DNA of 64,000 bases from Candidatus Multivorans sp. (GTDB lineage: Bacteria; Acidobacteriota; Thermoanaerobaculia; Multivoradales; Multivoraceae): NCBI GenBank assembly GCA_965247095.1, contig OZ251997.1:64001-128000 (forward strand), read 5' to 3'. Positions 39,682-48,992 of this stretch are shown here, piece after piece; within the stretch, counting starts at the first letter, position 1; each line of letters begins with the position of its first letter. The notes beneath the pieces were generated by a model. That model made no database searches. It was given only the letters and a program-made list of their open reading frames with translations, and had not been told where the DNA came from. The translations under genes and the position numbers were made by a program.

Positions 39682-40923
39682 GTGAAGGCAGCCGCGCCGG
39701 AAACCCACCGCAGTCAGACCCACGCGGTCGACATCGGCGGCGTGGTCGTCGGCGGCGGCGCGCCGGTCGTCGTGCAGTCGATGACCAGCACCGACACCGC
39801 CGATGTGGAGGCGACGACCGCCCAGACACTCGCGCTTGCCGAAGCTGGTTCGGAACTGGTGCGCATCACGGTCAACGTGGACGCGGCGGCGGTCGCGGTG
39901 CCTGAGATCCGGTCACGGCTCGATGCGGAAGGCTGCGACGTGCCCCTGGTCGGGGACTTCCACTACAACGGCCACGTGCTGCTGGAACGGCACCCCGACT
40001 GCGCGCGGGCGCTGGCGAAACTGCGCATCAACCCCGGCAATGTCGGCCGCGGCGGCCGCCGGGACCCGCAGTTCGCGGCGATCTGCGAGGTGGCGCGGAA
40101 GCTGGGCAAGCCGGTGCGGATCGGCGTCAACGGCGGGTCGCTCGACCAGGATCTGCTGGTGGCGAAGATGGAGGAGAACACCGAGCGGGACCTGGGCATG
40201 ACGTCGGAGCAGATCGTCGGCGAGTGCATGGTGCTGTCGGCTCTCCGTTCGACCGAGCTGGCGCTCGAATGCGGCCTGAGCGAGGAGCAGATCGTCATCT
40301 CGTGCAAGACATCCTCGCCGCGGGACCTGATCGGCGTCTACCGCGATCTGGCGAGCCGGACGAGGCAGCCGCTTCACCTCGGCCTGACCGAGGCCGGCAT
40401 GGGCCTCAAGGGGCTGGTGTGGTCGTCGTCGGCGATGTCCGTCCTGCTGGCCGAGGGCATCGGCGACACGATTCGCGTCTCCCTGACCCCGCGCCCCGGC
40501 GGCGACCGTCGCGAAGAGGTCCACGCCTGCCGGGAGCTTCTGCAGGCGCTGGGGCTGCGCGCCTTCGCCCCCAGCGTCACCGCCTGCCCCGGCTGCGGCC
40601 GCACGACCAGCACAACGTTCCAGGAGCTCACCCTGCAGGTGGAGGACTTCATCGGCGCCAGGATGCCCGAGTGGCGGATTCGCTACGAAGGCGTCGAAGA
40701 ACTGAAGCTCGCGGTCATGGGCTGCGTCGTCAACGGACCGGGCGAATCGAAGGCGGCCGACATCGGCATCTCCCTGCCCGGCACCGGCGAGGCCCCGACC
40801 TGCCCGGTCTACGTCGACGGCCGCCAGTTCACGACGCTCCGCGGCACCGCGGCGGAACTGTCCGAACAGTTCACGCGGATCGTGGCGGAGTACGTGGAGA
40901 GTAGGTATCCGGTGAAGGCCTAG
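39682..40923 (+). CDS. ispG: (E)-4-hydroxy-3-methylbut-2-enyl-diphosphate synthase
   Basis: [52 protein letters not shown] and [11 protein letters not shown]. Confidence 0.97.
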   Translation: MKAAAPETHRSQTHAVDIGGVVVGGGAPVVVQSMTSTDTADVEATTAQTLALAEAGSELVRITVNVDAAAVAVPEIRSRLDAEGCDVPLVGDFHYNGHVLLERHPDCARALAKLRINPGNVGRGGRRDPQFAAICEVARKLGKPVRIGVNGGSLDQDLLVAKMEENTERDLGMTSEQIVGECMVLSALRSTELALECGLSEEQIVISCKTSSPRDLIGVYRDLASRTRQPLHLGLTEAGMGLKGLVWSSSAMSVLLAEGIGDTIRVSLTPRPGGDRREEVHACRELLQALGLRAFAPSVTACPGCGRTTSTTFQELTLQVEDFIGARMPEWRIRYEGVEELKLAVMGCVVNGPGESKAADIGISLPGTGEAPTCPVYVDGRQFTTLRGTAAELSEQFTRIVAEYVESRYPVKA

Positions 40924-40966
40924 GTGGCTAGACTGCCTAACGGTGGAACGGAGTAGGGAGAACCAG

Positions 40967-42460
40967 ATGAGTACCGAGAAAACGCCTCCAGGAAGTTCCG
41001 CTTCGCGGACGTGGCGGCGAATAGAGGACCTGCCCGGGGACTGGAGCGACCTCTGCCGTGAGGACCTGCGGGCGGTTCAGCGCCAGTGGATCGAGGACCG
41101 TAGGCTCATCAGGGATGAGGAGAAGATCGAGAAGTTCCAGGAGGAACTGGCGCTTCACTGGGCAGTTGAGACCGGGATCATCGAACGTCTGTACACTGCG
41201 GACCGAGGGGTCACAGTCCAGATAGCGAAGGCAGGCATGGAGGCGTTGGGGCAGTTCCACGCCCGCGGTCTCATTTCGCGAGATGCGCGTGCCTTGATCA
41301 CTGATCAGCGAGAGGCCTTGGAAATGGTCATGGACCTCGTCGGCGGAAACCGCGAACTCACCACGTCCTACATCAAGGAGCTGCACCACCGCCTAACGCT
41401 GAGCCAGGATACCTGTGAGGCGATTGAGCCCGCTTCAGGAAGGACAGTCAGTGTCCCGCTGCTGAAGGGTGCTTGGAAAAAACAGCCCAACAACCCGCTC
41501 AGACCTGACGGCTCGGTCCACGAGTACTGCCCGGCGGAACTTGTTCAGGAGCAGATGGACCGGCTTCTCGATTGGCACCAGGTACACGACGGAATCTGTC
41601 CGGAGGTCGAAGCGGCTTGGCTCCACCATCGGTTCACGCGGATTCACCCCTTTCAGGATGGAAACGGCCGCGTTGCCCGCGCCCTGACGAGTGCGGTCTT
41701 CCTGAAGGGTGGCTATCTCGTGCTTGTGGTACGCGACAAGGAGCATCGGGACCGTTATTTCGATGCACTGGAAGCAGCGGATGGCGGTCATCTCCAGCCG
41801 CTCGTCGACCTGTTCGCAGACATTCAGATCGGCGATCTGAATGAGGCAATCCGTTCACTCCGTGAACTTCGCGGCGCTGCAATCCCGTCAGTGTCGAGGT
41901 CGTTGGCCGAGCGCGCACGGCGAAGCAGGGAGTCAGCGCAGGCGGAAACGTCGGACCTAGTGGAGGGCTTAGTGGAGATCGCTACCGTGCGTTTGGAAGA
42001 GGCGGCTGCCGAGATGCGTCGGGCGTTCGGGAAGGAGGGAGTAATCATCGAGACGCGGATCCTCAGAGACTCGGACGGCCCCGAGAACGCCCGCGACTAT
42101 TGGAAATGGCAAATCGTCCAGACTGCAAAGCACCACCTCTACTTCGCGCAGCTCGACCGGCCCAAACGCTGGGTGGGGCTGCGCCTTGCGCTGCCTGGCA
42201 TGGAGCGCGAGGACGCGCGCCTCATAGTCTCATTTCACGCCGTGGGTCGCGCTGCAGACCTCCAGGCCGTGACCGCCTTCCTGACCGGACCGCTGGACAG
42301 GAAGGCGGACCTTGGGCGCTGGGAGAACGAGGTCGTCTCAGAGGCCCCTTTCAAGTTCGGTACCGTCGGTTACACCCTGGTCAAGATCAAAGAGCGCTTC
42401 AGATCGTGGCTCGAGAGGACCATAGGAAACGGCCTGAGCGCTTGGGGGGAAGGCCTGTAG
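40967..42460 (+). CDS. Fic-family protein with C-terminal extension
   Basis: Canonical motif HPFQDGNGRVAR; ETGIIE (possible inhibitory-helix motif); AT-richer codons than the flanks. Confidence 0.92.
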   Translation: MSTEKTPPGSSASRTWRRIEDLPGDWSDLCREDLRAVQRQWIEDRRLIRDEEKIEKFQEELALHWAVETGIIERLYTADRGVTVQIAKAGMEALGQFHARGLISRDARALITDQREALEMVMDLVGGNRELTTSYIKELHHRLTLSQDTCEAIEPASGRTVSVPLLKGAWKKQPNNPLRPDGSVHEYCPAELVQEQMDRLLDWHQVHDGICPEVEAAWLHHRFTRIHPFQDGNGRVARALTSAVFLKGGYLVLVVRDKEHRDRYFDALEAADGGHLQPLVDLFADIQIGDLNEAIRSLRELRGAAIPSVSRSLAERARRSRESAQAETSDLVEGLVEIATVRLEEAAAEMRRAFGKEGVIIETRILRDSDGPENARDYWKWQIVQTAKHHLYFAQLDRPKRWVGLRLALPGMEREDARLIVSFHAVGRAADLQAVTAFLTGPLDRKADLGRWENEVVSEAPFKFGTVGYTLVKIKERFRSWLERTIGNGLSAWGEGL

Positions 42461-42595
42461 GCAACTTCGGCTGTACCGGTTCGCCGCACGGGCGGCGGTT
42501 CACTCTGAGGTAGCGGAAGTGTCCGAGCACTGGCGCCGGCCCTCGCTTTGAGAATCTCAAGGAGTGCTTGTGGGCTACCAGCCCAAACACCGCCC

Positions 42596-43285
42596 TTACC
42601 CAGATACCGGGTCCTCGAAGCCGTACCCCACGCGGGGTTCGTGAACTTCGCTGGGCGGCAGTGGTTCCGGGAGCTTGGTGGTACGCAGGATCCTCCTCAG
42701 GGAACTGCACAACGCGGCTCGCTCGCGGCCGATCAGGCCCAGTACCCATTCGGCGTCGTTCTGCCGAACGCGCATGCGGGCCCTGTAGGCGGCGTTGAAG
42801 ACTGCGTCTGCGAACTTCTGCCTGGGGAGGGCTTCCTGTATCTGTGGATGGCGCAGCAGATCGACGGTGCTTCCGGTGAGGAGTTCCTCGAACTGCGATG
42901 CGCATATCCGCAGGGCCTTGCGCTCGTCAATGAGGGCAAGGCCACCTCGTTCGAGAGCGGCGGCAATCGTGGCGGCCTCGCCATCATCCAGCGTCGAAGC
43001 TGCGGATCCGCTGACGAGTCCGGTGAAGTGGCTCTGGCCGGGGCTGCCAAGGGCTACTACTGTGACGAGGTGCTGGTCGACGAGACTGGAGACCAACTCA
43101 GCGTCACGGTGTTGGCGGCTTCGCTCGTCGCACAGCTCCCATACGACCTGCTCTGCAATGAGAACCTGGTTCGGTAGTGCGGCCAGGAGGTCCTCCGAGC
43201 ACCCGGTTGCGTTCAAGTTGATGACGACGCTGGTATCGGCGACGACCGGACCGGTGAAGCTATCGAGGAAGTGGCGTGGCGACAT
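42596..43285 (-). CDS. PIN-like domain protein
   Basis: VVADTSVVINL, EQVVWEL, LDDGEAATIA and LIDERKA acidic PIN pattern; overlaps the 3' end of the XRE-ImmA gene. Confidence 0.78.
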   Translation of the reverse strand: MSPRHFLDSFTGPVVADTSVVINLNATGCSEDLLAALPNQVLIAEQVVWELCDERSRQHRDAELVSSLVDQHLVTVVALGSPGQSHFTGLVSGSAASTLDDGEAATIAAALERGGLALIDERKALRICASQFEELLTGSTVDLLRHPQIQEALPRQKFADAVFNAAYRARMRVRQNDAEWVLGLIGRERAALCSSLRRILRTTKLPEPLPPSEVHEPRVGYGFEDPVSG

Positions 43286-44513
43286 TCGGTTCGCCCTCCA
43301 CGGCTTCTTCGTCCAGCACCTGACGGAGCGCTACCCGGTCGAGGCCTAGGAGGCGTGCTAGTTGTCCCTCGCTGAGAAGTTCCTGCCGATGTGCCTCTGC
43401 GGCAAGGGCGGCGATACGAGGGGGCATGCAGCGCTCTGAGTGAGCCGTGTCCGTTTCAACAGGTGCTCGACCGCCAAGAACTGCTGCCGCCTGCTTGTCG
43501 GTGATGCCACCGTTGGCCTGGAACCAGTCCCATGCGCCAGGCGGAACGAGCTTCAACTCCTCGATGCGACGGACCATCGCCTCGCGCGACACGCCGAAGG
43601 TGTGACTCAACAAGATGACGTGGCGGCGAGTCAGGGCGGCAAACCCTGACGTGTACTCGCGGAACTTCTCGATGACGGTTCTGGGCGGCATCAGGAACGT
43701 GCGGGCGAATGCGTCGGCATAGAACTCAGCTCGCGACTTGGGCCGGTCGTCGCGGTAGTGGATGCTCGTCGCGTGGCGAACAGAGACCAGATGGGCCAGT
43801 TCGTGGACCGCGGTGAGGGCGCGTCTGGTCGACGGGTGGTTCGCGTTCAACAGTACGCACGCGCCGACTTCGGTGTCGTAGGCGAAGAGGCCGGAGACTC
43901 GAGAGGGAAGCGGACGCACATAGACGCGCACTCCGAACTCAAGTTCAAGGAGGTTCTCGATATCGCGAACGGGCGCAAGCCCCAAGCCAATACGCTGGCG
44001 CAGTTCCAGCGCATCGCTCTCAGCTTGGACCTGGACGTCACCGGGGAGGAGATGTCGCTCAGCGGGGTAGTTGCAAGGCCTTCGGATGCCGAGGAGGTTC
44101 TCGAGTTCGACCTCTGCTCGGACGAGGCCCACCAGAACTCGGGCGGCCTCGGCAGCTTCCGGCTCGACGTACCGACCGTCCTTCCGGAATCGCGGCGCAA
44201 GGTCGACGAAGACGGACTCGGTCCGCAAGAGCTCGTTCGCGGACGTGCCGTAAGCCACTGCGAGCCGCTGAAGCTCAGCCGCTTGCCAGCGTCGCTGTCC
44301 CTGCTCGATGGCCAGAAGCGTCGTGCGAGCGACTCCTATAGCGGACGCTGCTTCCGCTTGCGTCATGCCCGCTGCCTGGCGTGCGTTCTTTAGGCGTCGA
44401 CCTACCTCCGCGGGATCGAGAGCCGGCGCTTGCCTAGCGAAACCGGGTGGCCCAGCGCGTAACGAAGGAGCCTGGGCCGAGGGAGTCGAGGAAGGCGTTC
44501 CACTCTTGTTCAT
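43260..44513 (-). CDS. XRE HTH + ImmA/IrrE (M78) metallopeptidase fusion
   Basis: RLKNARQAAGMTQAEAA..IGVARTTLLAIEQG (HTH); VLLNANH..RRALTAVHELAH; EFYADAFARTFLMP; FGVSREAMVRR. Confidence 0.92.
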   Translation of the reverse strand: MNKSGTPSSTPSAQAPSLRAGPPGFARQAPALDPAEVGRRLKNARQAAGMTQAEAASAIGVARTTLLAIEQGQRRWQAAELQRLAVAYGTSANELLRTESVFVDLAPRFRKDGRYVEPEAAEAARVLVGLVRAEVELENLLGIRRPCNYPAERHLLPGDVQVQAESDALELRQRIGLGLAPVRDIENLLELEFGVRVYVRPLPSRVSGLFAYDTEVGACVLLNANHPSTRRALTAVHELAHLVSVRHATSIHYRDDRPKSRAEFYADAFARTFLMPPRTVIEKFREYTSGFAALTRRHVILLSHTFGVSREAMVRRIEELKLVPPGAWDWFQANGGITDKQAAAVLGGRAPVETDTAHSERCMPPRIAALAAEAHRQELLSEGQLARLLGLDRVALRQVLDEEAVEGEPNVATPLPR

Positions 44514-44596
44514 GTCAGGTATAGTGACCAGAAGGCTTGACAAAGTCAAGGCTGCCGTCGTTCGCAGTAGCACACAGTCCTTCTCGGCCGCGAGCG

Positions 44597-45190
44597 CTAC
44601 CGCGCCGGGCGGCCGTCCAGCTCCAGCTCCGCGGCGATTGCCTGCATGGCCGCCAGCACGTTGCCGGCGTGCTGCCAGAGGTCGAGTTCGCCGCCGAAGC
44701 ACTCGCGGCTGAAGGCGGCGGTGACTTCTTCCACATGCTCGCGGTCGACGCCGGCGGCGAAGGCCCGCTGCTTCCAGCGCTTGCGGACGGACTTGAGCGG
44801 CACGTCGCGCACGTCCTTGCTGGGACGGATCAGGGCGGCGGCGCTGATCAGGCCGGTGATCTCGTCGCAGGCGAGGAGCGCGTAGTCGCGGGGGCTCTCA
44901 CGCTCGACGCCGGTGCCCTCGGTGTTGTGGGAGAGGATCGTCCGGATGAGGCCCTCGTCCAAGCCGCGCACGCGGAGAATCGTGGCGCCGTCCGCCGGAT
45001 GCTGCTCCAGGGTGGGGTGGATCTCCCAGTCGAAGTCGTGGAGCAGGCCGGCGAGACCCCAGGAGTCCGGGTCGCCGCCGAGCTGTTCGGCATACCAGCG
45101 CATCGCCGCCTCCACGGCGAGCATGTGTTTGCGCAGGCCCGGGGCCGCCACGAACTCCTGCACCGTCTGCCAAGCTGCTTCTCGGTCCAT
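44597..45190 (-). CDS. HD/HDIG-domain metal-dependent hydrolase
   Basis: LRKHMLAVEAAMR, GLLHDFDWE, ILSH, ACDEITG and KSVRKRWKQRAFAAGVDR. Confidence 0.9.
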   Translation of the reverse strand: MDREAAWQTVQEFVAAPGLRKHMLAVEAAMRWYAEQLGGDPDSWGLAGLLHDFDWEIHPTLEQHPADGATILRVRGLDEGLIRTILSHNTEGTGVERESPRDYALLACDEITGLISAAALIRPSKDVRDVPLKSVRKRWKQRAFAAGVDREHVEEVTAAFSRECFGGELDLWQHAGNVLAAMQAIAAELELDGRPAR

Positions 45191-45260
45191 ATGCGTCGAT
45201 CTCCCGTTTTCTGCGTGGCGGGGGATTCTACGCCCTCGACAGGTGCGCCCGCAGTCTGGT

Positions 45261-45403
45261 CCGTAGCTACAATCGCAGCGCGATGACGACCGGCGGACCC
45301 TACGCGCGCAGGCAAGAGACGCTGGGCGGCCTAGGCCGCCCGTAAAGCGCACCGTGGCTACAATCGCAGCGCGATGACGACCGGCGGACCCTACGCGCGC
45401 AGG
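45261..45403. repeat. 52-bp direct repeat flanking a 39-bp spacer that contains an 18-bp perfect palindrome
   Basis: 45261-45312 and 45352-45403 differ at one base. The spacer contains GGGCGGCCTAGGCCGCCC (45324-45341). Confidence 0.9.
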
Positions 45404-46171
45404 ATGAGCTTCGGCGGCCTTTCGGGGCCGCACGCGCGCGACCTGCTGTTGCTCGTTGGGGTGCTCTTCGTCACCTTCTCGATGCAGTTCCTGCCGGGGC
45501 TCGCCTTCGTGCCGGAGTTGATGCGCCTGTCGAGTTCGATATGGCAGCAGGGGATGATCTGGCAGCTCGTGACCTACCCGGCGGCGGGCTGGGGCGGGCC
45601 GTCGATCTGGTTCCTGCTGGAACTGCTGATCTTCTACATGTTCGCCGGCGACCTGCGCTGGGCCCTGGGCCGGCAGCGCTTCTGGAGTCTGCTGTGGATG
45701 TCGGCGGGCGCCGCCGCGCTGGTGGCGTGCCTGGTGCAGGTGCTGCTCCAGTCCGCGGGGAGCACGGGGACGACGGCATTCGTCCTGATGCAGGGCCAGC
45801 GGATGCTGATGGCGATCGTCATCGCCGCCTTCGCGCTGATCAGGCGCGACGCTACGATCATGCTGTTCTTCGTCCTGCCGATTCGCGCCAAGTGGTTCAT
45901 CTGGATCGAGATCGCGTTCGCCTGGGTGGGCTTCCTGGCGACCAGCGATCTGGCCGGCTTCCTCGGCATCTGCACCGCGGTCGGCGCCGTGTTCGTGCTG
46001 CTGCGGCCCGGACGGACACGCGGCCTGATGCGCGAGATGCGGCTACGGTACGAGCGCTGGTACGTCAAGCAGAAGCTGAACCGCGGCCGCCGTCGCTTCC
46101 GGGTGGTTCCGGGCGGCAAGAAGCCGAAGCAAGACGACGACCGCGTACGCCGCGGCCCCTGGGTCAACTAG
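45374..46171 (+). CDS. Rhomboid-like intramembrane protein with basic C-terminal tail
   Basis: WQLVTY, I.LFFVLPIRAKW, about 6 TM helices and tail RRRFRVVPGG..WVN; GxSG and catalytic His not evident. Confidence 0.65.
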   Translation: MTTGGPYARRMSFGGLSGPHARDLLLLVGVLFVTFSMQFLPGLAFVPELMRLSSSIWQQGMIWQLVTYPAAGWGGPSIWFLLELLIFYMFAGDLRWALGRQRFWSLLWMSAGAAALVACLVQVLLQSAGSTGTTAFVLMQGQRMLMAIVIAAFALIRRDATIMLFFVLPIRAKWFIWIEIAFAWVGFLATSDLAGFLGICTAVGAVFVLLRPGRTRGLMREMRLRYERWYVKQKLNRGRRRFRVVPGGKKPKQDDDRVRRGPWVN

Positions 46172-48224
46172 CGCGCGACCGGCCCATCAGGCGGAAGGCG
46201 AGGAGGATCGCCAGGGCGGCGAGGACGTAGTGCCACCAGGTCGGTTGGTCCGGTAGGCCGATCTGCTCGGCGCGGGCGCTGCCGAGGGCGAGAGAGTTGT
46301 GCAGAGCGTGCCAGGCCATGGCGGGGTAGATCGAGCCGGACCGGATGACGGCGATCACCAGCAGGACGCCGAGCAGGGACGTGGGCGGAATGCGGAACAG
46401 GTCGACGTGGAAGAAGCCGAACACGATGCCGGCGACGAGCACCAGTTGGACCGGAGAGAACTGTTTCCTGAGGCCGTGGAGCAGGACGCCGCGGAATGCG
46501 ATTTCCTCGAAGATGCCGGGGAGGATGGCGAAGAAGATGAGCATCTGCCAGACCGGGATGTCGGTTCCCAGGGTCTCCGCCATCGCTTCGATCCATGCCT
46601 CGGGGATCGGCATCGCCAGACTGGCGAGGCGGACGACGCCGTCCGCCAGCACGAGACCCGCCGGCGCGCCGATCAGAACGCCGAGCCAGGCAGCCGGAGG
46701 CGGCGCCCGCAGCGACAGGGTCTCCCGCACGGGGAGCCGGTAGCGGGCGATCATCAGCCACGCCGCGGCGCCGAAGATGGCCATGTTGATCACGATCAGC
46801 AGGCGGCCGTCGATGCTGCTGCCGATGTTCAGTTGCCAGACCAGCAGCAGGGCCCAGAGGACGGCGAACCAGCGCCCGACACGGCGCGGGAAGAGCGCGG
46901 GCCCGCCCGTCAGGTCGGCGGCGTCGATGTCACTGGCGGTGATCAGCTTCTCGGCTGAGAGCGTTCGCACCGAAGCGCGGGCGAGAACAGCCGCCGCGGC
47001 GGCTGTCACCGCCCAGGCGGCCGCGATCAGCGGCCAGTCGTAGTGGCCCGTCAGGATCTCCCTGGCGGCGACGCCGAGGTTGGCGATCGGCACGAGGACG
47101 ATCGCGCTGCGCAGCGCGACACCGGGCAGCACGGGAATGGCGGCAATGGCCAGGGACACGAGCATCACCGGCGCGAACAGCAACTGCGCTTCCTTGTACG
47201 TCTTCGACCGGCCCGAGACGAGCAGCAGGCTGCTGGACAGGAGCACCGCGGCCGGCGCGTACAGGAAGAGAAGCAGCAACGCCGCGCCGACCGGAATGAC
47301 CAGCTTCAGGCCCGCCGGTGCGGCGATCACGTCGAGCTGCATCCACAGGACGATGTTCGCGATGTTGAGGACGCTGGTGGCGAAGGCGACGGCCAGGATC
47401 GAGAGGTTCTTGGCGGTCACGATCTCGATCCGGCTGGCCGCCGTGGTCAGCAGGGTCTCCAGCGTGCCGCGTTCCTTCTCGCCGGCCAGTGTGTCCGTGG
47501 CCACGATCGAGCCGCCGGTGAGCATCATCATCACGATGATCGCGGTCAGGATGCGTCCGAGGAGGAGTCCGGAGGTCTGGTCCTCGCTGGCGGTCTCGAT
47601 CCGCTCGAGGGGCAGCAGGTCGCCGGGCGGCGCTTCGAAGCCGGCGGCTGCGAGACGCTGCTCGCGGACCTCGACTCTCGTGCGTTGCAGGGCCCGCCGG
47701 AGCCAGGCCTCGGCGGTGTCCGAGGCGTCGATGTCCGCGCGGTAGGAGAGGACCACGCGTGGTGCGCCGTCCCCGGCGTCTTCGACCGTCTCCCGGTCCA
47801 CGTCCTCGTTGGCGTCGTCGTCGGCGGTTCCGGACTTCCAGGCGACGTGGACGTGGAGTTCTTCCTCATCGAGGGCGGCCGCGAAGTCGGCAGGTGCTTC
47901 GACGCGCTCGAAACGCACCGCGGGACCGTCCGATGCGTCCGCGTCCTCGGCCGGATCCTCGTCGCCGACGACGGCGAGGGCCCGTTCGAGCCACATCGCC
48001 GCGTCGGGCGCGTGTTCGGTGTCCGACGGGTCGTCCGCTACGGCATAGAAGTAGGTGCGGCTCTCGAGCCGTTCCTGGCGCCGCTCCGTGGTCAGCGAGG
48101 TCAGGAACCACATCAGTGGCCAGATGACCAGCGGCAGCGCAACCGCGAACACCAGCACCCGGGGGTTGCGGGCGAGTTGGCGCAGGTCGTTGACAACCAG
48201 CGCGCTGACGGTCCGGCGGTTCAT
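46164..48224 (-). CDS. NatB-like ABC-2 permease fused to CPBP/Abi intramembrane metalloprotease
   Basis: AGEKERGTLETLL and KTYKEAQ; C-terminal FEEIAFRG, FGFFH and HALHN. Confidence 0.9.
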   Translation of the reverse strand: MNRRTVSALVVNDLRQLARNPRVLVFAVALPLVIWPLMWFLTSLTTERRQERLESRTYFYAVADDPSDTEHAPDAAMWLERALAVVGDEDPAEDADASDGPAVRFERVEAPADFAAALDEEELHVHVAWKSGTADDDANEDVDRETVEDAGDGAPRVVLSYRADIDASDTAEAWLRRALQRTRVEVREQRLAAAGFEAPPGDLLPLERIETASEDQTSGLLLGRILTAIIVMMMLTGGSIVATDTLAGEKERGTLETLLTTAASRIEIVTAKNLSILAVAFATSVLNIANIVLWMQLDVIAAPAGLKLVIPVGAALLLLFLYAPAAVLLSSSLLLVSGRSKTYKEAQLLFAPVMLVSLAIAAIPVLPGVALRSAIVLVPIANLGVAAREILTGHYDWPLIAAAWAVTAAAAAVLARASVRTLSAEKLITASDIDAADLTGGPALFPRRVGRWFAVLWALLLVWQLNIGSSIDGRLLIVINMAIFGAAAWLMIARYRLPVRETLSLRAPPPAAWLGVLIGAPAGLVLADGVVRLASLAMPIPEAWIEAMAETLGTDIPVWQMLIFFAILPGIFEEIAFRGVLLHGLRKQFSPVQLVLVAGIVFGFFHVDLFRIPPTSLLGVLLVIAVIRSGSIYPAMAWHALHNSLALGSARAEQIGLPDQPTWWHYVLAALAILLAFRLMGRSRAS

Positions 48225-48236
48225 GCGGCGTCCCGC

Positions 48237-48992
48237 CTAGGCGGCGTCGTTGGCGGTGACGTAGTGGACGAAGATGTCTTCGAGGTAGTGCTGGGACGTC
48301 GCGGCCCGCAACCCCTCGAGATCGTCGCAGGCGCGGATCCGCCCTTTGTCGATGATTGCGATCCGGTCGCAAAGGCGTTCGGCCTCGCTCATGATGTGGG
48401 TCGAGAACAGGATCGCCTTTCCGTCCTCTCGCAGTTCCTGGATCGCCTTCTGCAGGTCGAGCGCGTTGAGCACGTCGAGGCCGACGGTCGGTTCGTCGAA
48501 GATGAGCACCGGCGGATCGTGGACGACCGTGCGTGCGATCGACACCTTCTGCTTCATGCCGGTCGAGAGCTTCTCGATCCGCGCTCCGGCGTAGTCGCCG
48601 AGGCCGAACCGTTCGATCATCTCCTCGACCCGGCTCTTCGTGCGCTCGGCCGGGTACTTGTTGACGCGCGCGAACAGGGTCAGGGTCTCGCGGGCCGTGA
48701 GCCGCGGGTAGAGCGCTGTGCTCGCCGAGTAGAAGCCGAGGTTGCGGCGCACCTCCACCGGGTCGCTCACGACATCGTGCCCGAGCACACGGGCGGTGCC
48801 GGACGTCGGCTGGAGCACGGTGGAGATCATCCGCAGCGTGGTCGTCTTGCCGGCCCCGTTGGCGCCGAGGAGCCCGAAGATCTCACCGCTGCGGCACTCG
48901 AAGTCCACCTGCTGGACGGCGTTGATCTCGCCCCGCGATGGATCGAAGAAGTTCTTGGAGAGGCCCTGGACGTCGACCTGGACTGTGCTCAC
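48237..48992 (-). CDS. NatA-like ABC ATPase
   Basis: Walker A GANGAGKTT, LSTGMKQK, Walker B IFDEPT and STH. Confidence 0.93.
   Translation of the reverse strand: MSTVQVDVQGLSKNFFDPSRGEINAVQQVDFECRSGEIFGLLGANGAGKTTTLRMISTVLQPTSGTARVLGHDVVSDPVEVRRNLGFYSASTALYPRLTARETLTLFARVNKYPAERTKSRVEEMIERFGLGDYAGARIEKLSTGMKQKVSIARTVVHDPPVLIFDEPTVGLDVLNALDLQKAIQELREDGKAILFSTHIMSEAERLCDRIAIIDKGRIRACDDLEGLRAATSQHYLEDIFVHYVTANDAA

Noticed and set aside
40925-44590. Prophage or integrative element
   Set aside because: No integrase, tRNA, att repeats or phage genes visible; reported only as an accessory block.
45261-45403. Possible minimal CRISPR array (repeat-spacer-repeat)
   Set aside because: Only two 52-bp units. 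The repeat contains a promoter and coding start, the palindrome is in the spacer, and no cas genes are present.
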